From the NCBI GenBank assembly GCA_963816145.1, contig CAWFJP010000003.1, positions 320,001-384,000 of the forward strand: DNA of 64,000 bases, written 5' to 3'. The position numbers and the translations under genes were made by a program. A model generated the notes under the pieces. That model was not told the DNA's origin and did no database searches. It worked only from the letters and a program-made list of their open reading frames with translations. Of the stretch, positions 9,540-20,206 are shown piece by piece. How positions within the stretch are numbered: position 1 is the first letter of the stretch; each line of letters starts with the position of its first letter. This DNA is from an uncultured delta proteobacterium (lineage in GTDB: Bacteria; Desulfobacterota; Binatia; UBA9968).

Positions 9540-11158
9540 GTCAGCCCCTTCAGATGTTCGCGGAAGTCCACTGGATTCCACCAGGTCTTTAACCCCAAGC
9601 TCTCGGCAATTACCTTCGCGGCGTTGTAGCCCGGCGCGCCGGTAATGTTGCCGCCCGGATGGCAGGACGAGCCGCACATGAACAATCCATCGATCGGCGT
9701 TCTATACTGCCCCCAGCCAGGAAACGGCCGGTTCTCCAACGCCTGATCGCCGGAGTATTCACCGACCATCCAGTCACCGCAGTACATGTTCTTGTCATGG
9801 CGCTCGATATCGAGTGGCGTGGTCGAATCGGTCGAAAGAATATTGTTCTCGTCCAGATTCGGCGCGAACTTCTGCCACACCGCCAGCTGTTTTTTGAACC
9901 AATCGTCGCGCGCTTTGTCCCAATTCAACGGATTGCCCCAAAGATTGTAGGTCATCAGCTGCCACATGAATGCCGTGGCTTTGCCCGGCGGCGCCTGGGT
10001 TGGGTCGTGATAGGACGGCGTGGCGCCGTTCATGAATGGTTTGCGCGGTAATTGTCCCGTGCGGCAGTCTTCGAACAGATTCTGCAAATCTTCGTAATCT
10101 TCCAGGCCGACGATATGCATGAACGAGCCGGCGACCTCGGGATACTTCTCTTCGGTGATATACTTGGGCCGCTCGTTAAGCGCCAGATTCGTCGCGAAGA
10201 TCGGCGTGGTCTTGGAGAAGCGAAAATTGCTCGCCAAGTCGGCGAACTTCGTATCGAGATTTTCCTTGCCGACGAGTTTGATAAAAGTCTCGACCGGATT
10301 GACGTTGGACGCGACAAATTTGCGCGCCTTGATCACCGTGCCGTCTTCCAACACCACCGCGGTGGCCTGTCCCTTGTCGACCAGTATTCTTTCAACCCCA
10401 TTCGCTTCGATATAATCAACGCCGTTATGGGACATCATGTGCGCCAGATTGTCACCGAGGGCATGCGACGTGCCGCGGCAAAGCTGCGGGTTGACGCCCC
10501 AGGCGATCATCGCCGGGATCAGATAACCGGTCTGCGGGGCATCCAACTCGTAGCCGCGCATCACGCCGAGAAAGCCGATGAAAGCGCGCACGCGCGGATG
10601 CTCGAAATGTTGCAACACGAACTCTTCCGGGGTGGTATCGAAATATTTTAGATATTCGCGCCCTTCCGCGGTTTTTTCGAGCAAGGGTTTCTTTTCGTCG
10701 AACGGCAGCGGCACGGCGTAGGTTTCGGTGAAGACGATCTTCTGCACCACAGGCTGCCAGCGCGTCCAGATATCCATGAACGACGCCGCATCTTTCTTGG
10801 AGAAGCGCTCGATGGTCTCGACGGTCTTTTTCACGTCGCTGAACCAGCCCAAATAAGTCTTGTCGAGAAAGTGATGCACGACGCCGGGGTCAGGCCGGTA
10901 GTAATGAATGCCGAAGTTCTCTAGCTCCAGATCTTTGTACCAGGGCAGCATCATCAAGCCGCGATGGAAGACGGAATGAATGTTATGCCAGAAGCCGGCA
11001 TAGTTGCGGTCCTCGTGGGAATCGAGGCCGCCGCCAACTTCCATGTTCTTCTCGACAACCATGATTTTCTGGCCGCACTTGGCCAGATATCCAGCGCAGA
11101 TCATGCCGTTGTGACCGGCACCGATGACGACGCCGTCGTATTCTAGGATTTTTGCCAT
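9536..11158 (-). CDS. COG1233 phytoene-dehydrogenase-like FAD oxidoreductase
   Basis: IGAGHNG dinucleotide motif; C-terminal YRTPIDGLFMCGSSCHPGGNITGAPGYNAA. Confidence 0.88.
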   Translation of the reverse strand: MAKILEYDGVVIGAGHNGMICAGYLAKCGQKIMVVEKNMEVGGGLDSHEDRNYAGFWHNIHSVFHRGLMMLPWYKDLELENFGIHYYRPDPGVVHHFLDKTYLGWFSDVKKTVETIERFSKKDAASFMDIWTRWQPVVQKIVFTETYAVPLPFDEKKPLLEKTAEGREYLKYFDTTPEEFVLQHFEHPRVRAFIGFLGVMRGYELDAPQTGYLIPAMIAWGVNPQLCRGTSHALGDNLAHMMSHNGVDYIEANGVERILVDKGQATAVVLEDGTVIKARKFVASNVNPVETFIKLVGKENLDTKFADLASNFRFSKTTPIFATNLALNERPKYITEEKYPEVAGSFMHIVGLEDYEDLQNLFEDCRTGQLPRKPFMNGATPSYHDPTQAPPGKATAFMWQLMTYNLWGNPLNWDKARDDWFKKQLAVWQKFAPNLDENNILSTDSTTPLDIERHDKNMYCGDWMVGEYSGDQALENRPFPGWGQYRTPIDGLFMCGSSCHPGGNITGAPGYNAAKVIAESLGLKTWWNPVDFREHLKGLT

Positions 11159-11180
11159 AACCTATTTCTGTAGAAACACA

Positions 11181-11260
11181 TGGAACCTTTGAAACCACTG
11201 GAACGATTGGAACAAGCCACGACCGTGGTTCGAATCGTTCCAAAAGTTCCAGCGGTTCCA
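11181..11260. repeat. Symmetric 4+4 inverted array of 9-bp-period TGGAAC/GTTCCA units
   Basis: TG(G/A)AAC at 11181, 11190, 11199, 11208; central hairpin; GTTC(C/G)A at 11228, 11237, 11246, 11255. Confidence 0.88.
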
Positions 11261-11275
11261 ATCGTTGTCAATCCG

Positions 11276-12856
11276 TTAAAGGTTTAGATCCTTTTTCATC
11301 ACCTTCCAGCAGTTATACCCCGACCCCGCAATCACAGCGTCGGCCGGATGCATTGCCACGCCGACCTGATACAGCCCTTGAATCGGCGTGCGGTAGTCGG
11401 AGATCTGCTCGATGGGGCGCATCTCGCCCATCTGCGTCGGAATCTTGCGCGCCACCCAGACCGAGCCGCGGCGCATGTTGGGCCAGCGCCCGGACATGTA
11501 ATAGGGCTCCATGGCTACTTTCATCGTGATGTTCTCGTCGGTCAAGTTGGTCGCATAGCGCCGCCAAATCTTTAGACACGTCGTCAAGAAATCCATCCTT
11601 TAGTTTGACCCAGTCCTGCGGATTTTTGCCTTTCAATTGAAACGGCACTGGCAAGATAGACCGATGCCGCGTGCTTGCCGGCGGGCGCCTGCAAGGGGTC
11701 GAAGGCGGTCGGACAAATGGCATGGAGACAGGCGTGGGTCGGGAAACTCGCCGGCGCGAATTTCTTGCCACATCGATTCGAGATCGGCCGGTTTCTCCGG
11801 TCCGATGTTGACGTTCATCGCTTGGCCGACCGCTGGGTCGTTGGCTTCGTGCAGGGCGTAACGCACCGGCGCTTTCAATGCCAGATGCACCTGAAAATAG
11901 GAAAACTCGTCGACCTGGATGTCCTTCACCCGCTCGAAGAATGTCCGCGGTAGATAATCCTCCCCCACCATGTCGACCAATGTCGCATAGGGATCGGCGT
12001 TCGACACCACCGCGAGCCGGGCATGCCATTCTCGGCCGTCGCGCAAGCGCACACCGATGGCTCTGCCGTCGGCGTTGATGAGGATTTTCTCGACATGATG
12101 CACCGCACGGATCTGCCCGCCGTTGCCGACATAGGCACGCTGCAAGACCTGGGCGATGGAATGCGAACCGCCGCGCGCCAGCTCGGGCTTCTCATCGCCG
12201 GCGATCAGCTTCAACACCTCGATGCCGCCGGCGGCGTAATCGATGCCGACGCCGCGCGGAATCGCCATCTGCGACAGCACCAGCGTCTTCACTGCGTTAT
12301 TCTCAAATAGTTCATCAACGACTTGCCGCGGCGTCAGCTGCCAGAGCCGTTTGAACTCCTTGCCTTCCGGTTCACTGTCCAGTTTCTGCAAAATCGCCCC
12401 GCTCTGTTGCGGCGACTCATAGTAGTAGGGGATCAAGTAATCGCGGATCAGCTGGTGAAACCGATGATGCAGGAGGCGCCAAGTTTCGCCGTCTTTGGTC
12501 GAAAGCCGTTTGATCGACGTAACCGTATGTTCGATGGACTGATGGTGCGCAATCGATTGACCGTCGGCGAGCAGCAGCGCGCTGATGACCGGCGGGGCGA
12601 CGAACTCGGCGTGGTGGCCATCTTCCCATTTCAGCTCTTTCCAGACCGGCGAGACTTCGCGGTTGTCTTGGAAATAAGCCAAGGTGTTGTGCCAGTAGCC
12701 GGGCCGCGTGATCTCCTCACTGGCGAGCCGTCCGCCGTTCTCCAACCGGCTCTCGCAGATGACGGTCTTGAGACCGGCCATACCGAGATAAGTGCCAAGG
12801 GCAAAATTATTTTGCCCGGCGCCAATCAGAATAACATCCCATTCACTGTCGACCAC
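11276..12856 (-). CDS. Second COG1233 FAD oxidoreductase, three +1 frameshifts (~11741, ~11653, ~11599)
   Basis: IGAGQNN N-terminus; corrected bridge CPTAFDPLQAPAGKH...VPFQLKG; C-terminus YRTPIQGLYQVGVAMHP...GYN. Confidence 0.82.
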
Positions 12857-12872
12857 GAAATCCCCCAACAAG

Positions 12873-12905
12873 TGGAACCCCTGAAACGTTTGGAACCTTT
12901 GAAAC
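12873..12905. repeat. 9-bp-period TG(G/A)AAC array, 4 units
   Basis: Units at 12873, 12882, 12891, 12900. Confidence 0.8.
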
Positions 12906-12918
12906 CTTCTTGCGCAAC

Positions 12919-13935
12919 TCAGTTTTGCAAGAAGATCTTCCGGTACTCCGCCATCTTTTGCGCAAATGCCTCTTTATCCATCTCGATCATATCGACCAAC
13001 TGGATCTTGTTGGCATCCGGCAACGGCGGATAAATGCCCTTGCGAGTGACGAACTCGCCGATATTGGCCATGATCTTAAGGCTTTCTTCGCCGAGAAAGA
13101 AATCGATAAAAGCTTTGCCGCCGTTCACATGCGGCGCCTTGTTGGCCATGGTGATAGATTGTCCGTCGCCCATGAATTTCCCCAAACGGACGTAATCCAG
13201 CGGCACACCGGTGCGACCGTAGAAGACCACGTTTTTCAAAAATGCCACGCCGATGGGCGCCTCTCCCGTGGTGATACGCTCACCGGCAGGTGTCAGCGAC
13301 GACACCAACAGCGGTTTTGACGCAGCCAGGTCATGAATGAACTTATCGGCCCGCTCCTGCCCGATTATCTTGTGCAAGCTGGCGAGCCATTGGGCTGTCG
13401 TGGTGTGCTGGCTTGGATCGGGAAACACAACCTTACCTTTGTACTGCGGTTTTACCAGATCTTCGAGCGATTTGGGCGCATCAGCCGGTTTGACGATGCT
13501 GGTGTTGTAAACCACGCCGATCACCGTGCTGCGATAGGCCGGACCGAGATTGGGATCGATGACGGTTTTGGGGAAAGCCTTCGCCGACGGCGAATCGTAT
13601 TTGGCCAAAAGGCCATCCTTTTGAATCAGCCGGAGCGTCGAAGTCGTGGTCAACACGACGTCGGCCTGCGGTTTGCCGGCGCGCGCTTCAGCGCTCACCC
13701 GGTCGGTCACCTTATTCGCCGCATCGCGCCAGTAGTCGACCTCGAGCCCGGTCTTCTTTTTGAACGCCGCGGACAACAAGTCCATGGTATCGTTTTCCAG
13801 CGAGCCGTAAACCACGACTTTGCCGCCTTCTTTTTTCGCCGCTTCGATCAGTTTAGCATCCTGGGCGCGAGCATCGCTGTGCCAAACCAGCAGGGATAAA
13901 GCGAGGATTGCGAGCGTTTTCGAATGTTGCATCAT
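12919..13935 (-). CDS. ABC extracellular solute-binding protein (AfuA/FbpA-like)
   Basis: Signal peptide, AAKKEGGKVVVYGS, YNT..V....PKSLEDL..P.YKG, APHVNGGKAFIDF. Confidence 0.85.
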   Translation of the reverse strand: MMQHSKTLAILALSLLVWHSDARAQDAKLIEAAKKEGGKVVVYGSLENDTMDLLSAAFKKKTGLEVDYWRDAANKVTDRVSAEARAGKPQADVVLTTTSTLRLIQKDGLLAKYDSPSAKAFPKTVIDPNLGPAYRSTVIGVVYNTSIVKPADAPKSLEDLVKPQYKGKVVFPDPSQHTTTAQWLASLHKIIGQERADKFIHDLAASKPLLVSSLTPAGERITTGEAPIGVAFLKNVVFYGRTGVPLDYVRLGKFMGDGQSITMANKAPHVNGGKAFIDFFLGEESLKIMANIGEFVTRKGIYPPLPDANKIQLVDMIEMDKEAFAQKMAEYRKIFLQN

Positions 13936-14133
13936 GATAAACGGTGTCCTTTCCTATTCTTGGTGGAAGACCCTTAACTGCGTTATATCTATTAGCCTCA
14001 TGCCAGCATCGAGGCGCCACACGCTCGGTTGTACCGAGAAAGATTCTTCTAGGCAACACGAAAGATCGCCGCCTGGCGTGTTGTTCCATTGTCTGACCTG
14101 GTCCCATTTGCTAACCTAGCAACCAAATTGGAT

Positions 14134-15252
14134 ATGACCGCACAAGAAAAGCTTAAAAAAATCCGCGAAGAATTAAAACAAATGTTCCTCGAGCGCGGCG
14201 ACCTGATCGACGGCGCTCTGGCGGCATTGCTGTCGGCGCAGCATTTGCTGATCATCGGCCCGCCCGGCACGGCCAAGTCCATGCTCGCCGACGAGCTGTG
14301 CCGGCGCATCGAGGGGGCGAATTACTTTCAGTGGCTACTCACCCGCTTCACCACGCCCGAGGAGATCTTCGGCGCGGTGAGTCTCAAGGCCCTCGAGCAA
14401 GACGACTACCGCCGTGTCACCAACCGTAAACTGCCGGAAGCGCATATCGCCTTTTTGGACGAGATCTTCAAAGCCAACTCGTCGATCCTGAATTCGATAT
14501 TGACGCTGATCAACGAGCGGCTGTTTCACAATGGTAAAGAGATTGTCAAAGTGCCGCTCTTGACCCTGTTCGGCGCCAGCAACGAACTGCCCGAAGAAGA
14601 AGAGCTGACCGCGCTCTATGACCGCTTTCTGCTGCGCTTCGTGGTCGGCTATATCACCGAGGACTTCCGCTTTCTGCGCATGCTCGAGTCGCAAACCGCG
14701 CCGGAACGAACGATCTTGTCACTCGCCGATCTCAACGAAATCCAGCAGCAGACGCGCCAGGTCACGATCCCAGCTCACGTCTATCGCAGCATCGCCGATA
14801 TCCGCCGCGAGCTGAACAAGAAAAACATCCAAGCGTCGGACCGGCGCTACCACCAATGTCTCGGCCTGCTTCAGGCGTACGCCTTCATCGAAGGCGAAAC
14901 CGAAGTTTACGAAAAGCATCTCTTCTTCCTCGAGCATGTGCTGTGGCGCGACCCCGCCGAGCATGAACCGGTGCGAAATACGATTCGCGAGCTGCTGCTC
15001 GGTTACGAGGAAGAAATCACCGAGCTTTTGTACGAATCCCGGGAGGTTCGCGAATCGGCATTGCAAGCCGGCCGCTCCAGCGAAGAACGCGCACGCGCCT
15101 TGATCGAGTTGCATACCAAGCTCAAAAATATTCTCGTCAAAGTCGATCTGATCCTCGACAAAGCTAAACGCATGGGCCGGCCGCTCGATCGCGTCAATAC
15201 CGTGCGCGGCGAGATCGAACAGTTGCAGAAAGACATGCTGGAGCAGTTCTGA
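14134..15252 (+). CDS. ravA: RavA-like MoxR AAA+ ATPase
   Basis: GPPGTAKS, LLTRFTTPEEIFG, FLDEIFKANSSILN, GASNELP, ALYDRFLLR. Confidence 0.85.
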   Translation: MTAQEKLKKIREELKQMFLERGDLIDGALAALLSAQHLLIIGPPGTAKSMLADELCRRIEGANYFQWLLTRFTTPEEIFGAVSLKALEQDDYRRVTNRKLPEAHIAFLDEIFKANSSILNSILTLINERLFHNGKEIVKVPLLTLFGASNELPEEEELTALYDRFLLRFVVGYITEDFRFLRMLESQTAPERTILSLADLNEIQQQTRQVTIPAHVYRSIADIRRELNKKNIQASDRRYHQCLGLLQAYAFIEGETEVYEKHLFFLEHVLWRDPAEHEPVRNTIRELLLGYEEEITELLYESREVRESALQAGRSSEERARALIELHTKLKNILVKVDLILDKAKRMGRPLDRVNTVRGEIEQLQKDMLEQF

Positions 15253-16827
15253 TGCCGCCAAGGCAGACCAAGAAAGCGCCGGCCAAACGGGTCTTCCAGC
15301 CACTTCCCAGATAACAGCTTTTGGATCGACAACGACGCCTACGACCGGCGCGTCTGGGAACACCTGCGCCGGGAATCGCCGTCCCTGCGCGAATTGGAAA
15401 ACAACGGCGCCACGCTGTTGCCGCACTTCGGACCGCTCTTGCAGGATATTTTTTGCCTGCTCTTCAAGAACAACATTCATTACCATGCTGACTCCGAAGT
15501 CTTGCCGAGCGCGCTGCTCAACCGCAAATTCCTCGACGCCGTTCACCAGGGCAGCCAGTACGACTTTTTGCGCGACCAAACTTTGTTGAATGAAGCCCAT
15601 GCCGGCCTTTCGACGCTGATACTCGGTGAACGGCTGCTCGCTCTTGTGCGCGAGGAAAAGTTTCTCAATCGGCGCGACCTGCGCGATCTCTGGGATATTC
15701 AGAAACAAGAAGACCTGGTCAGTCAGAAGATCGAAGAATACGACAATGCCGACACCATCCCCGAGGATCAGCTTTCCGAAACGGGCAAGAAGGCCTTGCA
15801 GAAAGCCAAGGAAAAGATGGCGGGTGAGGTCCAAGGCGCCGAAGCGCTGCTGCACCATAAGACCGCGCAACTCAAAGAAGACTTGAAGCAGCTGGCAGCT
15901 CAGGCGAAGAATCGAATGCAAGCCGAAGCGATCAAGGTCGCGCAGGAACTCGAAGACGCCACTGAAGAAGCCGAAACCTGGGGCAACACCATCGGCACCG
16001 GCGAGAAATCCCCGCCGGGGCAGAAACTGGAATTGGGCCGCCGGTTGGCCGGCAATGAGAAGCTGAAAAAGCTGGCGCGCATGGTCGGGCGCATGAAGTT
16101 TCATGCCCAGGCGTTGCGCAAAAAGGTTTTCGAGCGGTCGAACGAAGAACTCCTGGAAATCGAACAAGGCGACGCGCTCCATCGCTTGCTGCCGCACGAA
16201 ATGCTGAGCCTGCACCATCCGCTCCTGCGCAAGGACTTTTACCGCCGCTTTCTCGATCAGGAGCTGATTCAATACTCGCTGCGCGGCGTCGAAGAAAAAG
16301 GCAAAGGACCGATGATTGTCTGCCTCGACGGCAGCTCGTCGATGTCGGGTGACAAAGAGATCTGGTCCAAAGCGGTGACGCTAACGCTACTGGAAATCGC
16401 CCGCAAACAGCGCCGGCTGTTTCGCTCGATCTGTTTCTCCTCGGCGGAGACACCGCTGCAAGTCCTCGACATGAATCCGCGCGACCGCTACGAGGTCGAG
16501 ACCAAGACGATCATGGATTTAGCCGAATACTTCCCCGGTGGCGGCACTGACTTTCAAAAGCCGCTCGACGCCGCGTTGGAATGCCTGCGCGAATCCCGCT
16601 TCAAGAAAGGCGACGTTATTTTCATCACCGATGGCGAGTGCCAGGTCGATCCCCAGTGGGCGGAACATTTTCGTGAGGAAAAAGAAAAACTCGGCTTTTC
16701 ACTCTTTTCGATCTTGATCGACATGGGGCCGGCATCTCTGGGGACACTCAAAGAATTCAGCGACCGGATTTCGACCATCAAGCAATTGACCGGCGACGAG
16801 GCGAAAGAGATCTTTGTCAAGTTTTAA
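15252..16827 (+). CDS. viaA: ViaA-like VWA-domain protein, +1 frameshift near 15306
   Basis: RLLPHE, KGPMIVCLDGSSSMSG (MIDAS), GGTDFQKPL, ITDGE; ATG overlapping the ravA stop is 1 nt out of frame. Confidence 0.8.
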
Positions 16828-16878
16828 TGCCGCTGGGAAAATGTCTGAATCCCTCCCCGTCCGGAAAATTTTAGACTT

Positions 16879-16958
16879 GTCATGCCGGCGTAGGCCGGCA
16901 TCCAGGTTGGATTTCGGTTGTATCAAAAATACGAGATTCCGGCCTACGCCGGAATGAC
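16879..16958. repeat. Inverted pair of GTCAT.CCGGCG...GCCGG.ATC palindromes
   Basis: GTCATGCCGGCGTAGGCCGGCATCC ... GATTCCGGCCTACGCCGGAATGAC. Confidence 0.85.
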
Positions 16959-17077
16959 GCGGATAAGGATAGACCTCTTGTCGGTGGAGGCTTTGGACCC
17001 CATCGGCCTTAACCTCAATTCATTCAATTCTTTCGCGTGATCCCCTTCATCAGCCGCATCCACTCACTCTTCACTCC

Positions 17078-18205
17078 TTACGCCGATTTCCGCGGGTACA
17101 GCGCATCGATCATCGCCCGCTTATGATAGAGCGGTGTGCCGAGATACTGATACAGCGAATGGGCCAACACGCTGTGCGCCATGAGTGGATGCTTGTAGTC
17201 GGTGCCGGCGCCGGCAAAAACCATGTGGGAAAAATTACACGACTGATAATACCCTTCGCTGGCGACCGCCTTGGCTTGGTGCACGCTAGACCGCGCCTCA
17301 ATGCCGGCGTCGAGTTTCCACAGGGTTTCGTACGTGATCCAACGGGCGCCGTCGAGATGGATCGAGATGTCTACGCAGTGATCCTGCACTCGCTGAAAGC
17401 GGCCAATGGGCTGGCCGAAGACCACGCGGGTGCGAGTATATTCGTTGGTCATTTCGAAAATTTCCTGGCACGCGCCGACTTTGTAGGCGCACAGGATCGG
17501 CAAGACTTTGCCCAGCGCCGACTCCACCACCGACCAGCCGCCGCTCATGCCGTTGAGCAGCCCGTCCCTGCCGACGGAAACGCCGTCAAGCTTCACCTCA
17601 GCCGCGCCGATCATGAAGCCGTCGACAACGTTTACCGTCACGCCCGGAGCGTTGCGGTCTACTAGCGCCAAAACAACTTGGCCGACCTCGTCACGCGCCG
17701 CGATAACGAAATGGCTCGCCGTCGCACCGTCCTGAACGAAGCGTTTGGTGCCGATGAGTTTATAACCATCGCCCGATTTGAATGCCCGCGTCTGCACCGA
17801 GCGGGGTCCGAATTGAATTTGATCGTCGGAGAGCGCCGGGATCACCACGGCGCTACCGTCACATATCTTCGGTAACCAATCTTTCTTCTGCTGCGCCGAA
17901 CCGCCGTCGAGAATCAGTTGCGCCGCCAGCACGCCGCACGAAAAATAAGGCCCCGGCAGCGGGCCGCGGCCGAGCTCTTCAAAGACTACCGCGCAATCGG
18001 TGCAAGACGCCCCGCCACCGCCAAATTCATCCGGCACGATCATGCCCAACCAGCCCAAATCGGCGGTCTTCTTGTAGAGCTCGGGTATGAACGCGACCTT
18101 TTTCTGATACCAGTCGGTAATCACATAGGGCGGTGCTTCAGACTTGAGAAAATCCGCCGCCACCTTTTTCAACATCTTCTGGTCGTCATTTAATTTGAGA
18201 TCCAT
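17078..18205 (-). CDS. Acyl-CoA dehydrogenase family protein (short partner subunit)
   Basis: LGWLGMIVPDEFGGGG, EELGRGPLPGP, RVVFGQPIGRFQRVQDH. Confidence 0.88.
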   Translation of the reverse strand: MDLKLNDDQKMLKKVAADFLKSEAPPYVITDWYQKKVAFIPELYKKTADLGWLGMIVPDEFGGGGASCTDCAVVFEELGRGPLPGPYFSCGVLAAQLILDGGSAQQKKDWLPKICDGSAVVIPALSDDQIQFGPRSVQTRAFKSGDGYKLIGTKRFVQDGATASHFVIAARDEVGQVVLALVDRNAPGVTVNVVDGFMIGAAEVKLDGVSVGRDGLLNGMSGGWSVVESALGKVLPILCAYKVGACQEIFEMTNEYTRTRVVFGQPIGRFQRVQDHCVDISIHLDGARWITYETLWKLDAGIEARSSVHQAKAVASEGYYQSCNFSHMVFAGAGTDYKHPLMAHSVLAHSLYQYLGTPLYHKRAMIDALYPRKSA

Positions 18206-18242
18206 GAGACTTCTTTCCTCTCTGCATTCTTGGTACTGCTAC

Positions 18243-18291
18243 TCCCCCTCCTATTTCCTCCCCCGCAAGCGGGGGAGGATGAAGGTGGGGG
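18243..18291. repeat. Long hairpin/REP-like palindrome
   Basis: CCCCC..TTCCTCCCCCGC-AA-GCGGGGGAGGA..GGGGG. Confidence 0.6.
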
Positions 18292-18333
18292 TGCGCCCTT
18301 TGCTAAGTCCTTTGCGGCCAAACCCTCTTCTTC

Positions 18334-19548
18334 CTAAACCGTCGTCGGTGCCGCTTCTTGCGCCGGACGGCCCAGGCCAAGCCGGCGCGCGATGATCAGC
18401 CGATCCGTGTCCAGCGTGCCGCCGCCGTGGAGCCAGCCCGGACCGCTGCGCACGGTGTACTCGAAATCCGCCACTTCATGCACCGAGTTGTCCGGCACCA
18501 AGGCGTCATAGCCGAGAATCCGCTGCACCCGTTCGGAGTTGCGCAGCCGGACCATGCGCTGGAAATAGAGATACTGCGGCCCGCCGTAGGTATGCGGTTC
18601 GCGCACATAGCGGTGCCAGAAATTGCGCAGACCCATCAAGCGCTGCACGTCAAGGTCGATCAGCATGTCGGCGATCTCGTCGCGGATATCCTGATCTTCC
18701 ATCAGGCTTTCACCGTCAAAATTGGTTTTTTGGCAATGCTCGATAATCCGTTTGAACAGCGGCTGTTCCGCCACGCTACCGCCGCCGCCATGCTCCAGTT
18801 CCAAATAGCTGTTGGCGACTTTCCAGCCGTTGTTCTCGCCGCCGACCAGATATTTGGCGGGCACCCGCACGTTGTCGAAAAATACGGCATTCTTGATGCC
18901 CATCATCAAGTGCATGTGCTGCAGGGTGATTCCCGGCAAATTGGCGGGGATATAAAGCCAGCCGAGATTCTCGTGGCGTTTGCCGGCGGGGTTGGTGCAA
19001 ACAAATGTCCAAAGATAATCGGGCGGCAGGTGATGTCCGACCAAGACCTTCTGGCCATTGACTACATAGTGATCGCCGTCGCGGATCGCCTTGGTCTGGC
19101 AGTTAGCGACGTCGCTGCCGCCCTGCGGCTCGGTCAAGACTTGCCACACCGCCAGTTCGCCGCGCGCCATCGGCGGCAAGAACTCCAATTTTTGCTCTTC
19201 AGTGCCGAACTTCATCAAGGCCGGCGCCACCAAACGCGCTAGGGTATAGAACACCGAGCCCAAAGACAGGCCGTACCGATCGATTTCGGTTTCGAGAACG
19301 AACTGGTGATCCAGGCTCAGACCGGCGCCGCCGTATTTCACCGGATAGGTTGGAAACAACCAGCGCTTTTGTCCTAATTTGCCCGCCAGCGCGCGGCGAA
19401 ATTTATACTCTTCATCGTTCTCACGGGTAGACCAGTTGCCCGACCAGCGCAGGTGCTCGCTGCCCTTCATATTCTCCGCCAACCAGGCGCGCACTTCTTG
19501 GCGAAACGCGCTGATTTCCGGGGTATCCTGCTGTAGACTGAAATCCAT
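18334..19548 (-). CDS. Acyl-CoA dehydrogenase family protein
   Basis: YGGAG, LTEPQGGSD, GDHYVVNGQK, VFFDNVRVP...VGGENNGW, GGT....IIARR. Confidence 0.9.
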   Translation of the reverse strand: MDFSLQQDTPEISAFRQEVRAWLAENMKGSEHLRWSGNWSTRENDEEYKFRRALAGKLGQKRWLFPTYPVKYGGAGLSLDHQFVLETEIDRYGLSLGSVFYTLARLVAPALMKFGTEEQKLEFLPPMARGELAVWQVLTEPQGGSDVANCQTKAIRDGDHYVVNGQKVLVGHHLPPDYLWTFVCTNPAGKRHENLGWLYIPANLPGITLQHMHLMMGIKNAVFFDNVRVPAKYLVGGENNGWKVANSYLELEHGGGGSVAEQPLFKRIIEHCQKTNFDGESLMEDQDIRDEIADMLIDLDVQRLMGLRNFWHRYVREPHTYGGPQYLYFQRMVRLRNSERVQRILGYDALVPDNSVHEVADFEYTVRSGPGWLHGGGTLDTDRLIIARRLGLGRPAQEAAPTTV

Positions 19549-19619
19549 TGTTATTCTCCTTTTTTGTTACGCTTTCACTTGGTAAAATTTGACTGCTTCT
19601 TAGCACCGCGCGAAAAGCC

Positions 19620-19676
19620 GTAAGGGGTCAGGGGTAAAGGGTGGAGTGGTCCGCTCCGCAACGCCTGACGCCTCGC
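19620..19676. repeat. Degenerate heptamer arrays (GTAAGGG / ACGCCTG)
   Basis: GTAAGGG GTCAGGG GTAAAGG followed by ACGCCTG ACGCCTC. Confidence 0.5.
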
Positions 19677-19687
19677 CAATCTTCCAG

Positions 19688-20206
19688 TCAGACATTCCAA
19701 TCTCCTCCGACCAGCCGCGGAATAATCGGATGGAGAATGCGATAGGACAAACCCCATAGTCGATGCTCACCGATACGATAGTACGATACCTGTTCGGCTT
19801 TCTGCCAAGTCGGGAAGCGGTCGATCATCTTGTCGTGAGCACCGGGAATAACCAGATCGCTGAGTCGGACGTCGACGATCTCGGCAACCTCGCACTCGGC
19901 GATCTCCCAGCGCTCCGGCACCGCGATCCGCGCCACGTAAGGGAAAACTCGATAACCCGTGGTGCGCGTCTGCTCCATTGGCAGCTCGGCCAAGATATCC
20001 TCGCGCGGCACGATCAAGCCGAGCTCTTCGCGAGCTTCGCGCAGCGCGGTATCGAGCATGGTGTCGTCTTCCGGATCATGCTTGCCGCCTGGAAAGGCGA
20101 TCTGCCCGCCATGCACGCCGCCAGGCTTGCGCAAAATCATAACGATGTGCAGTTCGCCAACTTGCGAGCGATAGACAGGAATGAGCACGGCGGAGTCGAT
20201 CATCAC
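19688..20206 (-). CDS. Nudix hydrolase, CoA pyrophosphatase (NudL-like)
   Basis: HGGQIAFPGGK..TALREAREELG, LWGLS. Confidence 0.88.
   Translation of the reverse strand: MMIDSAVLIPVYRSQVGELHIVMILRKPGGVHGGQIAFPGGKHDPEDDTMLDTALREAREELGLIVPREDILAELPMEQTRTTGYRVFPYVARIAVPERWEIAECEVAEIVDVRLSDLVIPGAHDKMIDRFPTWQKAEQVSYYRIGEHRLWGLSYRILHPIIPRLVGGDWNV

Noticed and set aside
9536-12856. Carotenoid biosynthesis cluster
   Set aside because: No crtB/crtE or other isoprenoid genes nearby; COG1233 is functionally broad.
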